Positions 37,820 through 51,883 of a stretch of 64,000 nucleotides of DNA are shown here, one piece after another. The translations under genes and the position numbers were made by a program. Within the stretch, counting starts at the first letter, position 1, and each line of letters begins with the position of its first letter. The notes under the pieces were generated by a model. It was not told where the DNA came from. It searched no databases and was given only the letters and a program-made list of their open reading frames with translations. The stretch lies in the NCBI GenBank assembly GCA_965659475.1, contig CBFHWI010000005.1, forward strand, positions 801 through 64,800, written 5' to 3'. The stretch comes from Methylophaga sp. (GTDB taxonomy: Bacteria > Pseudomonadota > Gammaproteobacteria > Nitrosococcales > Methylophagaceae).

Positions 37820-37903
37820 GTCTGGCTTATGGCAACGGACACTGCAAATTTCTTTATACTATGGTGGCTAAATCGACCGATTTTTTAGCTGACAGGCCTT
37901 CTT

Positions 37904-40900
37904 TTGACCGCACCCACGCTACAACAACTTGAACAAATGCTGTCTGGCACCATGCTCACGGATCGGCATCGGCTGCGGCGAAATGTACAGGCTTTAAAGC
38001 AACAAACCTCACCGGATACCAAAAGATTAGCGCAACTGGCCCAGCAAATTGCCACTTCTGCAGAGCGCTACCACACCCGGCTGAGCAATATACCCAAACC
38101 GAAACTGGATGCTAATTTACCAGTTATCGCCCGCCGCGCAGAAATTGCCAAAGCGATTACTGATAATCAGGTCATTATTCTCTGCGGTGAAACTGGCTCA
38201 GGTAAAACCACCCAATTACCACAGATTTGTCTGGAGTTGGGCCGTGGTGTCAGCGGTCTGATTGGTCACACCCAACCAAGGCGGATTGCCGCCCGAACTG
38301 TTGCCACTCGTATCGCTGAAGAACTGGATTCCAGTATCGGCGAAACGGTCGGCTACAAAGTACGTTTTCATGACCAGGTTCGTGCTGATCGCAGTTATAT
38401 CAAGCTGATGACGGATGGGATTTTGCTGGCTGAAACCCAGAACGATAAATTTCTCAATCAATACGACACCATCATTATCGATGAGGCCCATGAGCGCAGT
38501 CTGAATATTGATTTTCTGCTCGGCTACTTAAAACAACTGCTGCCGAAACGGCCCGATTTAAAACTGATCATCACCTCGGCAACCATTGATACGGCAAGAT
38601 TCTCTGAGCATTTTGAAGATGCGCCGATAATTGAAGTCAGTGGCCGTACCTATCCGGTAGATGTTCGTTATCGTCCCCTTCTGAGCCAGGATGAAGATAG
38701 CGAAGATTATGATTTTATCGAAGGCATCGTCGTTGCCGTTGATGAACTGTGCAAGGAAGGTCCCGGCGATGTGCTGGTGTTTTTATCAGGCGAGCGTGAT
38801 ATCCGTGATGTCTCCGAAGCATTGCGTAAACATCATCCGCCGAATACCGAAATTTTGCCGTTATTTGCCCGGCAATCCGCTTCTGAACAAAACCGCGTCT
38901 TTAAAACCGGTGGCCCAAGGCGCATCGTGCTGGCCACCAATGTTGCCGAAACATCATTGACGGTGCCTGGTATTCGTTATGTGGTGGATCCAGGACTGGC
39001 GCGGATCAGTCGCTATAGCGTTCGGAATAAAGTTCAACGCTTGCCGATTGAAAAAATATCCCAGTCCAGTGCCAATCAACGTTCTGGTCGTTGTGGCCGG
39101 GTTGCCGCTGGTGTTTGTATCCGGCTTTACGATGAAGATGATTTTAAAGCGCGGTCAGAATTTACTGATCCGGAAATTTTGCGGACCAACCTCGCTTCGG
39201 TAATTTTACAAATGACCGCATTAAAGCTTGGCGATCCCGCTAAGTTTCCGTTTATTAATCCGCCGCCGCCGAAAATGATTAACGACGGTTACCGGCTGTT
39301 AGAAGAACTGGGCGCCGTTAACCGGCAACGGCAAATCACCGAGATTGGCCAGCAACTGGCCAAACTGCCGATTGATCCCCGGATTGCCCGGATGGTGTTG
39401 GCGGCCAATACCCAGAACAGCCTGCATGAAGTGCTGATTATTGCCAGCGCCCTGAGTATTCAGGATCCGCGTGAACGGCCGATGGATAAACAGCAGGCTG
39501 CTGATGAAGCCCATAAAAAATACCAGGACGAACGCAGTGATTTTCTGGCATTTTTAAAGCTGTGGGATCTGTATCACGATAAGAAAAAACATTTATCACA
39601 GAATAAGTTACGCCGGTTTTGTAAAGAAAACTTCCTGTCATTTTTACGGCTACGCGAATGGCTGGATATTTATCAGCAACTGCATGTGCAAGTTACCCAA
39701 ATGGGCTTTAAGCCCAACCAGCAGCCCGCCGATTATATGGGCATTCATCTGGCGCTGCTCAGTGGTTTATTAAGCAATATCGCCGCGAAAACGGAACAGC
39801 ATGTTTATACCGGTGCCCGGAACCTGAAGCTGAGAATATTTCCGGGATCAGCACTGCATAAAAAAGGGCCGAAATGGATCATGGCCGCTGAACTGGTCGA
39901 AACCGGTCAGTTGTATGCGCGCATTGTTGCCAAAATTGAACCGGAATGGATTGAGCCAGTCGCCGGTGATTTGGTTAACCGTCAATACAGCGATCCGCAT
40001 TGGGAGAAAAAACCGGCACAAGTTGCTGCTTTTGAAAGCGTCACTTTGTATGGTCTGCCGATTGTCAGCCGCCGCCGTGTGCATTACGGGCCGATAGATC
40101 GTGCCTTATCCAATGAAATATTTATTCGCCAGGCATTGGTTGCCGGTGACTTTAACTGTAGTGCGCCGTTTTTTAAGCATAATCAGCAGTTGGTTGAAGA
40201 TATTGCCATCCTCGAAAACAAATCCCGGCGCCGGGATGTGCTGGTTGACGATGATGCCTTGTTTGAGTTTTACCGGCAGCAAGTCCCCTCAGATATCGTC
40301 AATGGCGCTGGCTTTGAGCGCTGGCGTAAAAAAGCCCAGCAAAAAGATCCCAATCTGCTGTTTTTGACCCGTGAGGCATTGATGCAGCATGAGGCCGACC
40401 AGGTCACGGTCGATGCCTACCCCGATCAAATGCTGGTCAATCGTGTTGCCCTGCCGCTGGAATATCATTTTGAGCCGGGTAAACAACAAGATGGCATCAC
40501 CCAGACCATTCCCTTGTCATTGTTGAACCAGACGCAGCCTGAGCGTTATGAATGGCTGGTGCCGGGCTTGCTGCGCGATAAAGTTATCTTCCTGCTTAAA
40601 TCTTTGCCAAAATCATTGCGCCGGCATGTGATTCCGGTGCCGCAATATGCCGATCGGGCTTTGGATTTGATGTCACCGGAACAGGGCGCTTTATTGCCAG
40701 CCCTTAGCGAGGTACTGCGTAAATTGACCGGCGTAGATATCAAACCAGATGACTGGCGGATGGCAGAATTACCGCTGTATTTACAGATGAATTTTCGTTT
40801 GGTTGATGAAAACGGCAAATTGCTTGATGAAAGCCGTGATTTAGCCCGGCTTAAAAATGACTGGGCCAAACAAGCCGCAGACAGTTTCAGGCAAATGCCG

Positions 40901-41794
40901 GACAGTGATTATGAAAAAACTGGCCTGATTGACTGGACGTTTGGTGAATTGCCTGAACATATTGTATTGCAACAAAACGGTATCGAAATCACCGCTTATC
41001 CGGCGTTAATTGATAAAGGCGATCATGTTGATTTAACGTTACTGGATACCCGCGCTCAGGCTGACACCCAGACGTTTAAGGGACTACGCCGGCTATTTAT
41101 GCTCGCTGAAAAAGACACGGTCAAATATCTGCAAAAGCATTTGCCTGATATCAAAACCATGTGCTTGCAATATAGCAATGTGCCGCCCTCGCCTTACGAT
41201 GACATTCACAGTGATTTAACACCGTGCGAACAGCTGAAAAACGATTTGATTCAAGTCGCCGTTGACCGTTGCTTTTTATTGAATAAACCGTGGCCACGCA
41301 ATCAGGCAGCTTTTGAACAACGACTGGCTGAGGAGCGCCGGCATTTGATTAATGTTGCGACCGATTTGGCAACCGTCATTGCTGCTGCATTAAAGGAATA
41401 TCACACGATCGCCAAGCGGTTATCTGGCAATTTACCGATGGCGGCGATGCTTGCGGTACAGGATATCCGTGAGCAATTACAGCATTTGCTGTATCAGGGT
41501 TTTGTTCATGATTTACCGGATAGCGCTCTGAAACGCCTGCCTGCCTACTTTCAGGCAATAGGTCTGCGTCTCGATAAATTAAAAACTGATCCGGCCAAGG
41601 ATCGACAACGGCAAAATGAAATCACCCCGCACTGGCGGCGTTATTTGCAACATTTGCACCGGGCGCCGACTGATGCCCGTGACCAATATCGCTGGATGAT
41701 CGAGGAATTGCGGATTTCGGTCTTTGCCCAGGAAGTCGGCACGGCTTATCCGGTATCCGGTAAACGCCTTGATAAACAATGGGCTGAGTGTTGA
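37904..41794 (+). CDS. hrpA: ATP-dependent RNA helicase HrpA
   Basis: GETGSGKTTQ, TQPRRIAA, DEAH, SAT, QRSGRCGR, EELRISVFAQE. Confidence 0.96.
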   Translation: MTAPTLQQLEQMLSGTMLTDRHRLRRNVQALKQQTSPDTKRLAQLAQQIATSAERYHTRLSNIPKPKLDANLPVIARRAEIAKAITDNQVIILCGETGSGKTTQLPQICLELGRGVSGLIGHTQPRRIAARTVATRIAEELDSSIGETVGYKVRFHDQVRADRSYIKLMTDGILLAETQNDKFLNQYDTIIIDEAHERSLNIDFLLGYLKQLLPKRPDLKLIITSATIDTARFSEHFEDAPIIEVSGRTYPVDVRYRPLLSQDEDSEDYDFIEGIVVAVDELCKEGPGDVLVFLSGERDIRDVSEALRKHHPPNTEILPLFARQSASEQNRVFKTGGPRRIVLATNVAETSLTVPGIRYVVDPGLARISRYSVRNKVQRLPIEKISQSSANQRSGRCGRVAAGVCIRLYDEDDFKARSEFTDPEILRTNLASVILQMTALKLGDPAKFPFINPPPPKMINDGYRLLEELGAVNRQRQITEIGQQLAKLPIDPRIARMVLAANTQNSLHEVLIIASALSIQDPRERPMDKQQAADEAHKKYQDERSDFLAFLKLWDLYHDKKKHLSQNKLRRFCKENFLSFLRLREWLDIYQQLHVQVTQMGFKPNQQPADYMGIHLALLSGLLSNIAAKTEQHVYTGARNLKLRIFPGSALHKKGPKWIMAAELVETGQLYARIVAKIEPEWIEPVAGDLVNRQYSDPHWEKKPAQVAAFESVTLYGLPIVSRRRVHYGPIDRALSNEIFIRQALVAGDFNCSAPFFKHNQQLVEDIAILENKSRRRDVLVDDDALFEFYRQQVPSDIVNGAGFERWRKKAQQKDPNLLFLTREALMQHEADQVTVDAYPDQMLVNRVALPLEYHFEPGKQQDGITQTIPLSLLNQTQPERYEWLVPGLLRDKVIFLLKSLPKSLRRHVIPVPQYADRALDLMSPEQGALLPALSEVLRKLTGVDIKPDDWRMAELPLYLQMNFRLVDENGKLLDESRDLARLKNDWAKQAADSFRQMPDSDYEKTGLIDWTFGELPEHIVLQQNGIEITAYPALIDKGDHVDLTLLDTRAQADTQTFKGLRRLFMLAEKDTVKYLQKHLPDIKTMCLQYSNVPPSPYDDIHSDLTPCEQLKNDLIQVAVDRCFLLNKPWPRNQAAFEQRLAEERRHLINVATDLATVIAAALKEYHTIAKRLSGNLPMAAMLAVQDIREQLQHLLYQGFVHDLPDSALKRLPAYFQAIGLRLDKLKTDPAKDRQRQNEITPHWRRYLQHLHRAPTDARDQYRWMIEELRISVFAQEVGTAYPVSGKRLDKQWAEC

Positions 41795-41843
41795 TTTAAA
41801 GCCTTGAAAGAAATTTAACAAACCTAACGCAAATTTACACAGC

Positions 41844-41860
41844 ATTCAGTCATAGTTCAG
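41844..41860 (+). promoter_or_regulatory. PhoP-type direct-repeat box
   Basis: ATTCAG-N5-GTTCAG, followed after 11 bp by TAATCT with an extended TGn. Confidence 0.55.
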
Positions 41861-41921
41861 TTTGAGATTGCTAATCTGCAATCAACAGCTAGGGCTTAAG
41901 CCCTTACAGAGGAGTGCTGTG

Positions 41922-42467
41922 ATGAAAAACACAATAACCACATTAAGCTTGGCAACATTGCTGACTTTGTCTTCATCTGCAGTGTTGGCTGGCGATAAAT
42001 ATCGCCATTACGATCAAGGCGGCCAGGATCGCGCCAAAGTGACCTGGGTTGAACCGGTTTATAACGAACTACGTGTTACCACACCGGTTCGTGAATGTTA
42101 TGAATCCCCTGATTATCGTCGTGGACCACAACAATCTTATACCAGCACTATTGCTGGCGGGATTATTGGTGGCGTCATCGGTAATCAATTTGGTGGTGGT
42201 AACGGCCAGACAGCTATGACCGTTGCTGGTGCCTTATTGGGTGGTTCGGTTGGCCGTGATATGAGTGGTAATCAGTATCGACAATCTGATTATGGTTACC
42301 GTGAGCAATGTGATGTCCGTTACGAAGATCATTACGAACAACGTGTTGAAGGTTATGATGTCGGGTATCGTTATAAGGGACGTGAATATACCACCTTTAT
42401 GGATCATCATCCGGGCAAGTTTATTCCGGTTAAGGTCACTGCCAGACCGTCACGCCGTTATTATTGA
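41922..42467 (+). CDS. Glycine-zipper 2TM protein (YcfJ-like)
   Basis: Signal peptide, GGIIGGVIGNQFGGG..AGALLGGSVG, GYDVGYRYKG..HPG; AGGAG RBS. Confidence 0.88.
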   Translation: MKNTITTLSLATLLTLSSSAVLAGDKYRHYDQGGQDRAKVTWVEPVYNELRVTTPVRECYESPDYRRGPQQSYTSTIAGGIIGGVIGNQFGGGNGQTAMTVAGALLGGSVGRDMSGNQYRQSDYGYREQCDVRYEDHYEQRVEGYDVGYRYKGREYTTFMDHHPGKFIPVKVTARPSRRYY

Positions 42468-42581
42468 ATTTTGTGTGTAAAGCCGCAGAAGTATGGCAAA
42501 TAGCGTATTTAGAGGTTAGATTTTTAGACTATAGTTCATAGCATGCACAGTGCCGTGCAAGTTGCTTTAAGGAGACATCTG

Positions 42582-42989
42582 ATGACATTTAAAACCAAAG
42601 TCTTAATCGCACTGTCGCCCGTTTTAATGCTGACAATACTGATGGCTTTGCCAGTCAAAGCAGAGGTTCAGCCATATACCGTGACAAACGGTAATCAACT
42701 GGACGAGGAAACTTATAAAGGTTTTAAGTTATATCGTAACTGGTGTGCCCGCTGTCATGGTACTTATGGTCAGGGCCTTGTTGGACCTGATCTGGCTGAC
42801 AGCCTCAATAAAATTACATATGAAGAATTTCTGGAAACAGTAGCAAAGGGCAAAATGGGCCAAATCGGCATGATGCCCGGTTGGGAAAGTAATAAGCAGG
42901 TGATGGATGGCCGTAAAGATATTTACCGGTATTTGAAAGCCCGTGCCGATGGTGCAATTGGTGTGGAAAAACCATCAAAAGCACAATAA
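42582..42989 (+). CDS. Periplasmic class I cytochrome c, c553i/XoxG-like
   Basis: Signal peptide, CARCH, MMPGW, YLKARADGAI; AAGGAG RBS. Confidence 0.85.
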   Translation: MTFKTKVLIALSPVLMLTILMALPVKAEVQPYTVTNGNQLDEETYKGFKLYRNWCARCHGTYGQGLVGPDLADSLNKITYEEFLETVAKGKMGQIGMMPGWESNKQVMDGRKDIYRYLKARADGAIGVEKPSKAQ

Positions 42990-42995
42990 ATCATG

Positions 42996-43030
42996 ATATG
43001 CAGCTCGCGACAGTGTCGCGAGCTGCATAT
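42996..43030. repeat. Perfect 17-bp inverted repeat with a 1-nt centre
   Basis: ATATGCAGCTCGCGACA-G-TGTCGCGAGCTGCATAT. Confidence 0.9.
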
Positions 43031-43074
43031 TGAAAATTAACCATTATGATAAAAATAAAACGACAAGGTCCGTC

Positions 43075-43362
43075 ATGCGATTAGTGCACACTCTGCTAAT
43101 AATAGCGATGCTGGCACCGCTGCCATTGATAGCGAAACATTTGCCTGAAGATGCCGAGCCGGGTACCAGTGTTAATGATATTTCGCTGCCACTTACCCAA
43201 AATACAGCGGCGGAATTGGCGCGTGTTGAAACGGGTGGCCGGGTGCTATCCGTTCAGGAAGAAGATTATTACGATCACAACGTTTTTCGTGTCAAAGTGT
43301 TGCATGAAGATGGCAAAGTTAAAACTTACCGTATCGACCGGGATACCGGCCAAAGGATGTGA
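43075..43362 (+). CDS. PepSY-domain exported protein
   Basis: Signal peptide, AAELARVETGGRVLSV, FRVKVL..DG.V..YRIDRDTG. Confidence 0.8.
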   Translation: MRLVHTLLIIAMLAPLPLIAKHLPEDAEPGTSVNDISLPLTQNTAAELARVETGGRVLSVQEEDYYDHNVFRVKVLHEDGKVKTYRIDRDTGQRM

Positions 43363-43371
43363 ACCGCTTTC

Positions 43372-44049
43372 ATGCGAATTTTGTTGATAGAAGACGAAGC
43401 TGCACTGCGCGAACAAACCGCCCAGCAATTACGTGCTCAAAACCTAACCGTTGATGCCGTCGCCGATGGCCGTGAAGGTTTGTTTATGGGATCGGAGTAT
43501 CCCTACGATGTTGCCATTATTGACCTGGGTTTGCCAAAACTTTCCGGGATTGAAGTGATTCAGCAATTACGTGCACTAGGTTTTAAATATCCGATATTAA
43601 TTCTGACGGCCCGGGGCCGCTGGCAAGATAAAGTTGAAGGTCTGGAAGCTGGCGCTGATGATTATTTGGTTAAACCGTTTCATTTTGAAGAATTATCAGC
43701 ACGTTTAAATGCCCTTGCCCGCCGTGCTTCAGGCTGGGTCAATGCCACTTTACGTTGTGGACCGATTGAGCTTAAACCCAGCTCGCAACAGGTTTTTTTA
43801 CAGCACATGCAAGTAGAATTAACCGCTTATGAATATCGTTTACTGCATTTTTTAATGCTGCATGCCGGTGAAGTGATTTCCAAAAGCGAATTAACCGACC
43901 ATATCTATGAAATGGATCAGGACCGTGACAGTAACGTTATTGAGGTATTTGTAAAACGACTGCGTGGCAAACTCGATCCAGACAAAACGCTGAACCCAAT
44001 TGAAACGCTACGTGGCCGCGGATATCGGCTAACTCTGCCGCGTGATTAA
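43372..44049 (+). CDS. phoP: PhoP-like response regulator
   Basis: IEDE, DLGLP, WQDKVEGLEAGADDY, RDSNVIEVF. Confidence 0.8.
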   Translation: MRILLIEDEAALREQTAQQLRAQNLTVDAVADGREGLFMGSEYPYDVAIIDLGLPKLSGIEVIQQLRALGFKYPILILTARGRWQDKVEGLEAGADDYLVKPFHFEELSARLNALARRASGWVNATLRCGPIELKPSSQQVFLQHMQVELTAYEYRLLHFLMLHAGEVISKSELTDHIYEMDQDRDSNVIEVFVKRLRGKLDPDKTLNPIETLRGRGYRLTLPRD

Positions 44050-45394
44050 TCCTCGCTTATCGCTATCAAATCGCCTGCTGATTGCCGTTTCATTTGTGCT
44101 TGGGGCATTTTTAGGCTTATCAGCCTTTAGTCTTAATAACGCCTTTAAAAGCAGTGCAAAAACAGCCCAGGAGCAACGATTACATAATTATGTCATGACG
44201 ATTCTCACCGCTGCAGAACTCACTGATACCGGTGAGTTGCTGATGCCCGAAAAACTGCTTGAGCAAAAGTTTTCGATCCCGAACTCCGGTTTATACGCGC
44301 AAATAACCAGTGGTAATCAAATTGTCTGGCAGTCACCCTCGGCGATTGGTTTATTTCTGGCATTACCGTTTCATCCCGGACCGTCAGTTGAGCAATATTC
44401 GGTGATTGACCTGCATAATGGCATGAAGCTCAGCAATCTGGCGTTTGGTGTCGTTTGGGAAAACGATCAGGAAGAACAGTTCGACTACACCATTAACGTT
44501 TCTGAAGATCAGTTAATGCTGGAAGCACAAACCGCTAATTTCCAGCGGAATCTCTGGTACTGGCTGGGTGGCACCGGCATCATGCTGCTGATCGCTCAGT
44601 GGCTGATCCTGCGCTGGAGCTTACGGCCGTTAACAAGTGCTGCCAAAGATCTTCATGCCATTGAAACTGGCGAACATCCGCGGTTGACTGGTGAATACCC
44701 AATGGAGTTACAGCAACTGACGCAGAACATTAATAATCTGTTGGATCACGAGCAAAGCCGCCGGGTACGCTATAAAAATTCGCTTGCCGATGTAGCGCAT
44801 AGTTTGAAAACACCATTAGCGGTATTGCGCAGTGAACTGGAAAACAGCCAAGACTTAAAGCACTTTAAACATATCGGTCAGGAACAATTACAGCGGATAA
44901 ATCAGCTGGTCGATTATCAATTACAACGCGCCGCCACTGAGGGTAAAAGCAATTTACTGGCGCCGGTATCCTTAGGTGAAATCATCTATAAGATCATTGC
45001 CTCGCTAAACAAGGTTTATCAGTCGAAAGATATCCATTGCCAGTCTGAAATCGAACGAGATATCTTTATCCATGCCGATGAAGGCGATATGTACGAGCTT
45101 CTTGGTAACTTATTAGAGAATGCCTACAAATATGGCCGGAAACGGGTCAATATTGTTGTCCAGTCACAAAATCAGCAAATCACCTTGCGAATCGAAGATG
45201 ATGGCAATGGCATTCCACTAATAGCCGGTGAAGCGATTATTAAACGCGGCCGGCGTTTTGATACGCAGGTCGAAGGCCATGGTCTGGGCCTGGCGATTGT
45301 CAGCGATATTGTCGATGCTTATGAAGGCACCATAAAACTGGAAAAAAGTTTTTTAGGCGGCGCCTGTTTTATTATCGAAATACCCGATCAATAA
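44042..45394 (+). CDS. phoQ: PhoQ-like sensor kinase
   Basis: Two TM helices, SLADVAHSLKTPL H-box, YQLQRA, GNLLENAYKY, GHGLGL. Confidence 0.8.
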   Translation: MINPRLSLSNRLLIAVSFVLGAFLGLSAFSLNNAFKSSAKTAQEQRLHNYVMTILTAAELTDTGELLMPEKLLEQKFSIPNSGLYAQITSGNQIVWQSPSAIGLFLALPFHPGPSVEQYSVIDLHNGMKLSNLAFGVVWENDQEEQFDYTINVSEDQLMLEAQTANFQRNLWYWLGGTGIMLLIAQWLILRWSLRPLTSAAKDLHAIETGEHPRLTGEYPMELQQLTQNINNLLDHEQSRRVRYKNSLADVAHSLKTPLAVLRSELENSQDLKHFKHIGQEQLQRINQLVDYQLQRAATEGKSNLLAPVSLGEIIYKIIASLNKVYQSKDIHCQSEIERDIFIHADEGDMYELLGNLLENAYKYGRKRVNIVVQSQNQQITLRIEDDGNGIPLIAGEAIIKRGRRFDTQVEGHGLGLAIVSDIVDAYEGTIKLEKSFLGGACFIIEIPDQ

Positions 45395-45399
45395 TAATA

Positions 45400-45933
45400 T
45401 TAATCAGTTAGTTGCTGAAGATACTTAAACAATAACCTTGCTGATTTCGGCGGTTGATTTTGCTCTGCTTCGCGTTTGGCACTACGTACTAACTGCCGGA
45501 CATGCTGGCCATCAAATTCTGAAAATTGATTATGCAATTCGGTCATTACCACTGGGTCACCTGCCAGTAAACTATCCCGCCAGGCTTCCAATTGATGAAA
45601 TTTTTGGGTGTCTTCACGTTGCGGTTGTTTGAGGGTTTCAAGATTTTTGCTTATTGCTTCGTGATCTCTATTGGCAATCATCCTGCCAATGAACCCGGTT
45701 TGCCGTTTCAGCGCACCCTTTTGTAAATTCTGCGCTAGCAATACCGCATCAAACAAACTTTCGTCTAAATCCAGTTTGGCCAATTCACCCGGTGATAAGG
45801 CAATCAACTCTCGTCCCAGATCCTTTAGTGCATCAAGATCACGTTTGATTTGTGATTTGCTGGCCGGCTCTTCACCGGCTTCATAATCCAAGCTGTTGTC
45901 ATCAATTTCGTCTTGCCAGTCGTCTTGCATCAT
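45400..45933 (-). CDS. yjgA: Ribosome biogenesis factor YjgA (DarP)
   Basis: SKSQIKR, LKRQ..IGR, FHQLEAWRD, RQLVR, PPKSARLLF. Confidence 0.9.
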   Translation of the reverse strand: MMQDDWQDEIDDNSLDYEAGEEPASKSQIKRDLDALKDLGRELIALSPGELAKLDLDESLFDAVLLAQNLQKGALKRQTGFIGRMIANRDHEAISKNLETLKQPQREDTQKFHQLEAWRDSLLAGDPVVMTELHNQFSEFDGQHVRQLVRSAKREAEQNQPPKSARLLFKYLQQLTD

Positions 45934-46342
45934 TCACCCTGTACTGTAACGATAATCCGCCGCTGATGACGCTGCGTGCGGTGTTCCCATAAATAAATGC
46001 CCTGCCAGATGCCCAGCGCGCATTGTCCATTGCTGACCGGTACCGTTAAATCCGGATTGGTCAGCACCGTGCGAATATGGGCGCTCATATCGTCCGGACC
46101 TTCGTCCTGATGTAAAAACATCGCATCACCATCAGGGACAATATGCTGCATATAAGTTTCCAGATCCCGGCGCACATCCGGATCAGCATTTTCACAAATC
46201 ATTAATGACGCACTGGTATGTTGCACAAACAGATGGCAGGTGCCGGTTTGAATATCTGATTCAGCGACAATGGCATTAATATCCTGGCTAATATTGGTGG
46301 TGCTGCGGCCATTGGTGGTAAAGGTAAAAGTTTGCTGGAAAA

Positions 46343-46346
<4 letters not shown>
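45930..46346 (-). CDS. yjbQ: YjbQ (UPF0047) family protein
   Basis: HTSASL.I.ENADPDV, EGPDDMSAH, LGIWQGIYLWEHR. Confidence 0.9.
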
Positions 46347-50140
<3,794 letters not shown>

Positions 50141-50200
50141 TTAATTAAATCTGCCAACTCAGGGATAATAACGGTTTTGTTTAACTTCTAGAGATTACCG

Positions 50201-50590
50201 ATGTCAACGCAACCAAGCAAACAACTCGAAACCTTCGACAACGCCGCGCCGGAGCGGGATTATACCATCCACATTGAAACACCGGAGTTTACTTGTCTGT
50301 GCCCGAAAACCGGCCAGCCTGATTTTGCCACGATTAAAATTGATTATGTGCCCGATTTGAAATGCGTCGAGTTGAAAGCGCTTAAAATGTACTTTTGGTC
50401 ATATCGCGAAGAAGGCGGTTTTCATGAAAAACTGACCAATCAGATTCTGACCGATCTGGTTGCAGCGACCAACCCGCGTTTTATGCGCGTGACCGGTATT
50501 TTTAATGTCCGCGGCGGTGTTTACACCAATGTGGTCACGGAATACCGCAAAGACGGCTGGGTGCCACCGACACCGGTTGTTCTCCCTTAA
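50201..50590 (+). CDS. queF: preQ0 reductase, short single-domain type
   Basis: [31 protein letters not shown]. Confidence 0.93.
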   Translation: MSTQPSKQLETFDNAAPERDYTIHIETPEFTCLCPKTGQPDFATIKIDYVPDLKCVELKALKMYFWSYREEGGFHEKLTNQILTDLVAATNPRFMRVTGIFNVRGGVYTNVVTEYRKDGWVPPTPVVLP

Positions 50591-50593
50591 TAA

Positions 50594-51883
50594 ATGCCTG
50601 CCGAGGTTTGGCTGGGCATCGATCTCGGCACCTCCGGGTGCCGGATTTGTGCCATCAACGCCAATGAGAAAATTGTTCATCAAATACAGTCGCATTTTCC
50701 GCCTGACCAGCCATACCCCAATCCACAACAGCAATGGCACGTTGTTGCCGAATTACTCGAACAATGTGTTTCTGACTTAACTGATATTGAAATTGTGGCC
50801 ATTGCCGTAGATGCAACGTCCGGCTCGGTGATGCTTTGCGATGTTGATGGCCAGCCGCTCACCGATATGCTGCTGTATAACGACAGCCGCGCCAGCCTAC
50901 AAAGTCAGCGGATAAAAGATATTGCGCCGGCTAATTCCGGAGCCCATGGCGCCGGTAGTGGTTTGGCAAAACTGTTGTATTTACACCAACATTATGACTT
51001 GCCGGCTGACTATTGTTTAACGCATCAGGCAGATTGGATTACCAGTCAGTTAAGCGGCGAAATCGGCATGACTGACTACAACAACGCGCTGAAATCGGGA
51101 TTTGACCCACAAATAATGCAATGGCCGGATTGGCTGAAAGCATTGATACCCGAAAAGCACTTACCGACAGTGGTTGCCCCGGGCACAGTGATAGGTGAAA
51201 TGCGATTGGCGTTAATGCAGGATTTAAAGCTAAAACAAACAACGGCACCAAAAATAGTCGCCGGGACGACAGACAGTCTGGCAGCTTTTATCGCCACTGG
51301 CGCGCATCAGATGGGTGATGGCGTCACCTCATTAGGCTCAACTCTGGTACTGAAACTGATCAGTGATAAAGCAGTTTTTTCGCCGGAACTTGGCATTTAT
51401 AGCCATAAACTGGGTGACCATTGGCTAGTCGGTGGTGCATCAAATAGTGGCGGCGCCGTTATCAGACAGTTTTTTACCGACTCGCAAACTGCCGCATTAA
51501 CTGCGCAAATTGATTTAAATCAAAGTCCACCCGATTATTATCCGCTGCCTACCGTTGGCGAACGCTTTCCGGTTGCCGATCCCCATATGTCACCCCGATT
51601 AACGCCCCGGCCGGCCAGTGACAGTCTGTTTTTACATGGCTTACTTAATGGCATCGCCAATATCGAACAGCAAGCTTATGGCAAACTTCAACAGCTGTGC
51701 GGTATAGCACTCAAATCAGTGCGCAGTGTCGGTGGCGGCGCAGCCAATCCGGTATGGACACAAATCCGTCAACAAAAATTGGCCGTGCCGTTTTTGCCGG
51801 TTTTAAATACCGAAGCGGCTTTGGGTGCAGCACTGCTGGCTAAAGATGGCTTAAACGCATTTAATGGGGTCAATCATGGGTGA
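50594..51883 (+). CDS. FGGY-family carbohydrate kinase (cyanobacterial/plant D-ribulose kinase-like)
   Basis: LGIDLGTSG, DATSGS, GTTDSLAAF, SLGSTLVLK, GIYSH, GGASNSGG, GERFP. Confidence 0.85.
   Translation: MPAEVWLGIDLGTSGCRICAINANEKIVHQIQSHFPPDQPYPNPQQQWHVVAELLEQCVSDLTDIEIVAIAVDATSGSVMLCDVDGQPLTDMLLYNDSRASLQSQRIKDIAPANSGAHGAGSGLAKLLYLHQHYDLPADYCLTHQADWITSQLSGEIGMTDYNNALKSGFDPQIMQWPDWLKALIPEKHLPTVVAPGTVIGEMRLALMQDLKLKQTTAPKIVAGTTDSLAAFIATGAHQMGDGVTSLGSTLVLKLISDKAVFSPELGIYSHKLGDHWLVGGASNSGGAVIRQFFTDSQTAALTAQIDLNQSPPDYYPLPTVGERFPVADPHMSPRLTPRPASDSLFLHGLLNGIANIEQQAYGKLQQLCGIALKSVRSVGGGAANPVWTQIRQQKLAVPFLPVLNTEAALGAALLAKDGLNAFNGVNHG

Noticed and set aside
50141-50200. preQ1 riboswitch before queF
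   Set aside because: No recognisable preQ1 stem-loop or A-rich tail in the 60-bp divergent gap
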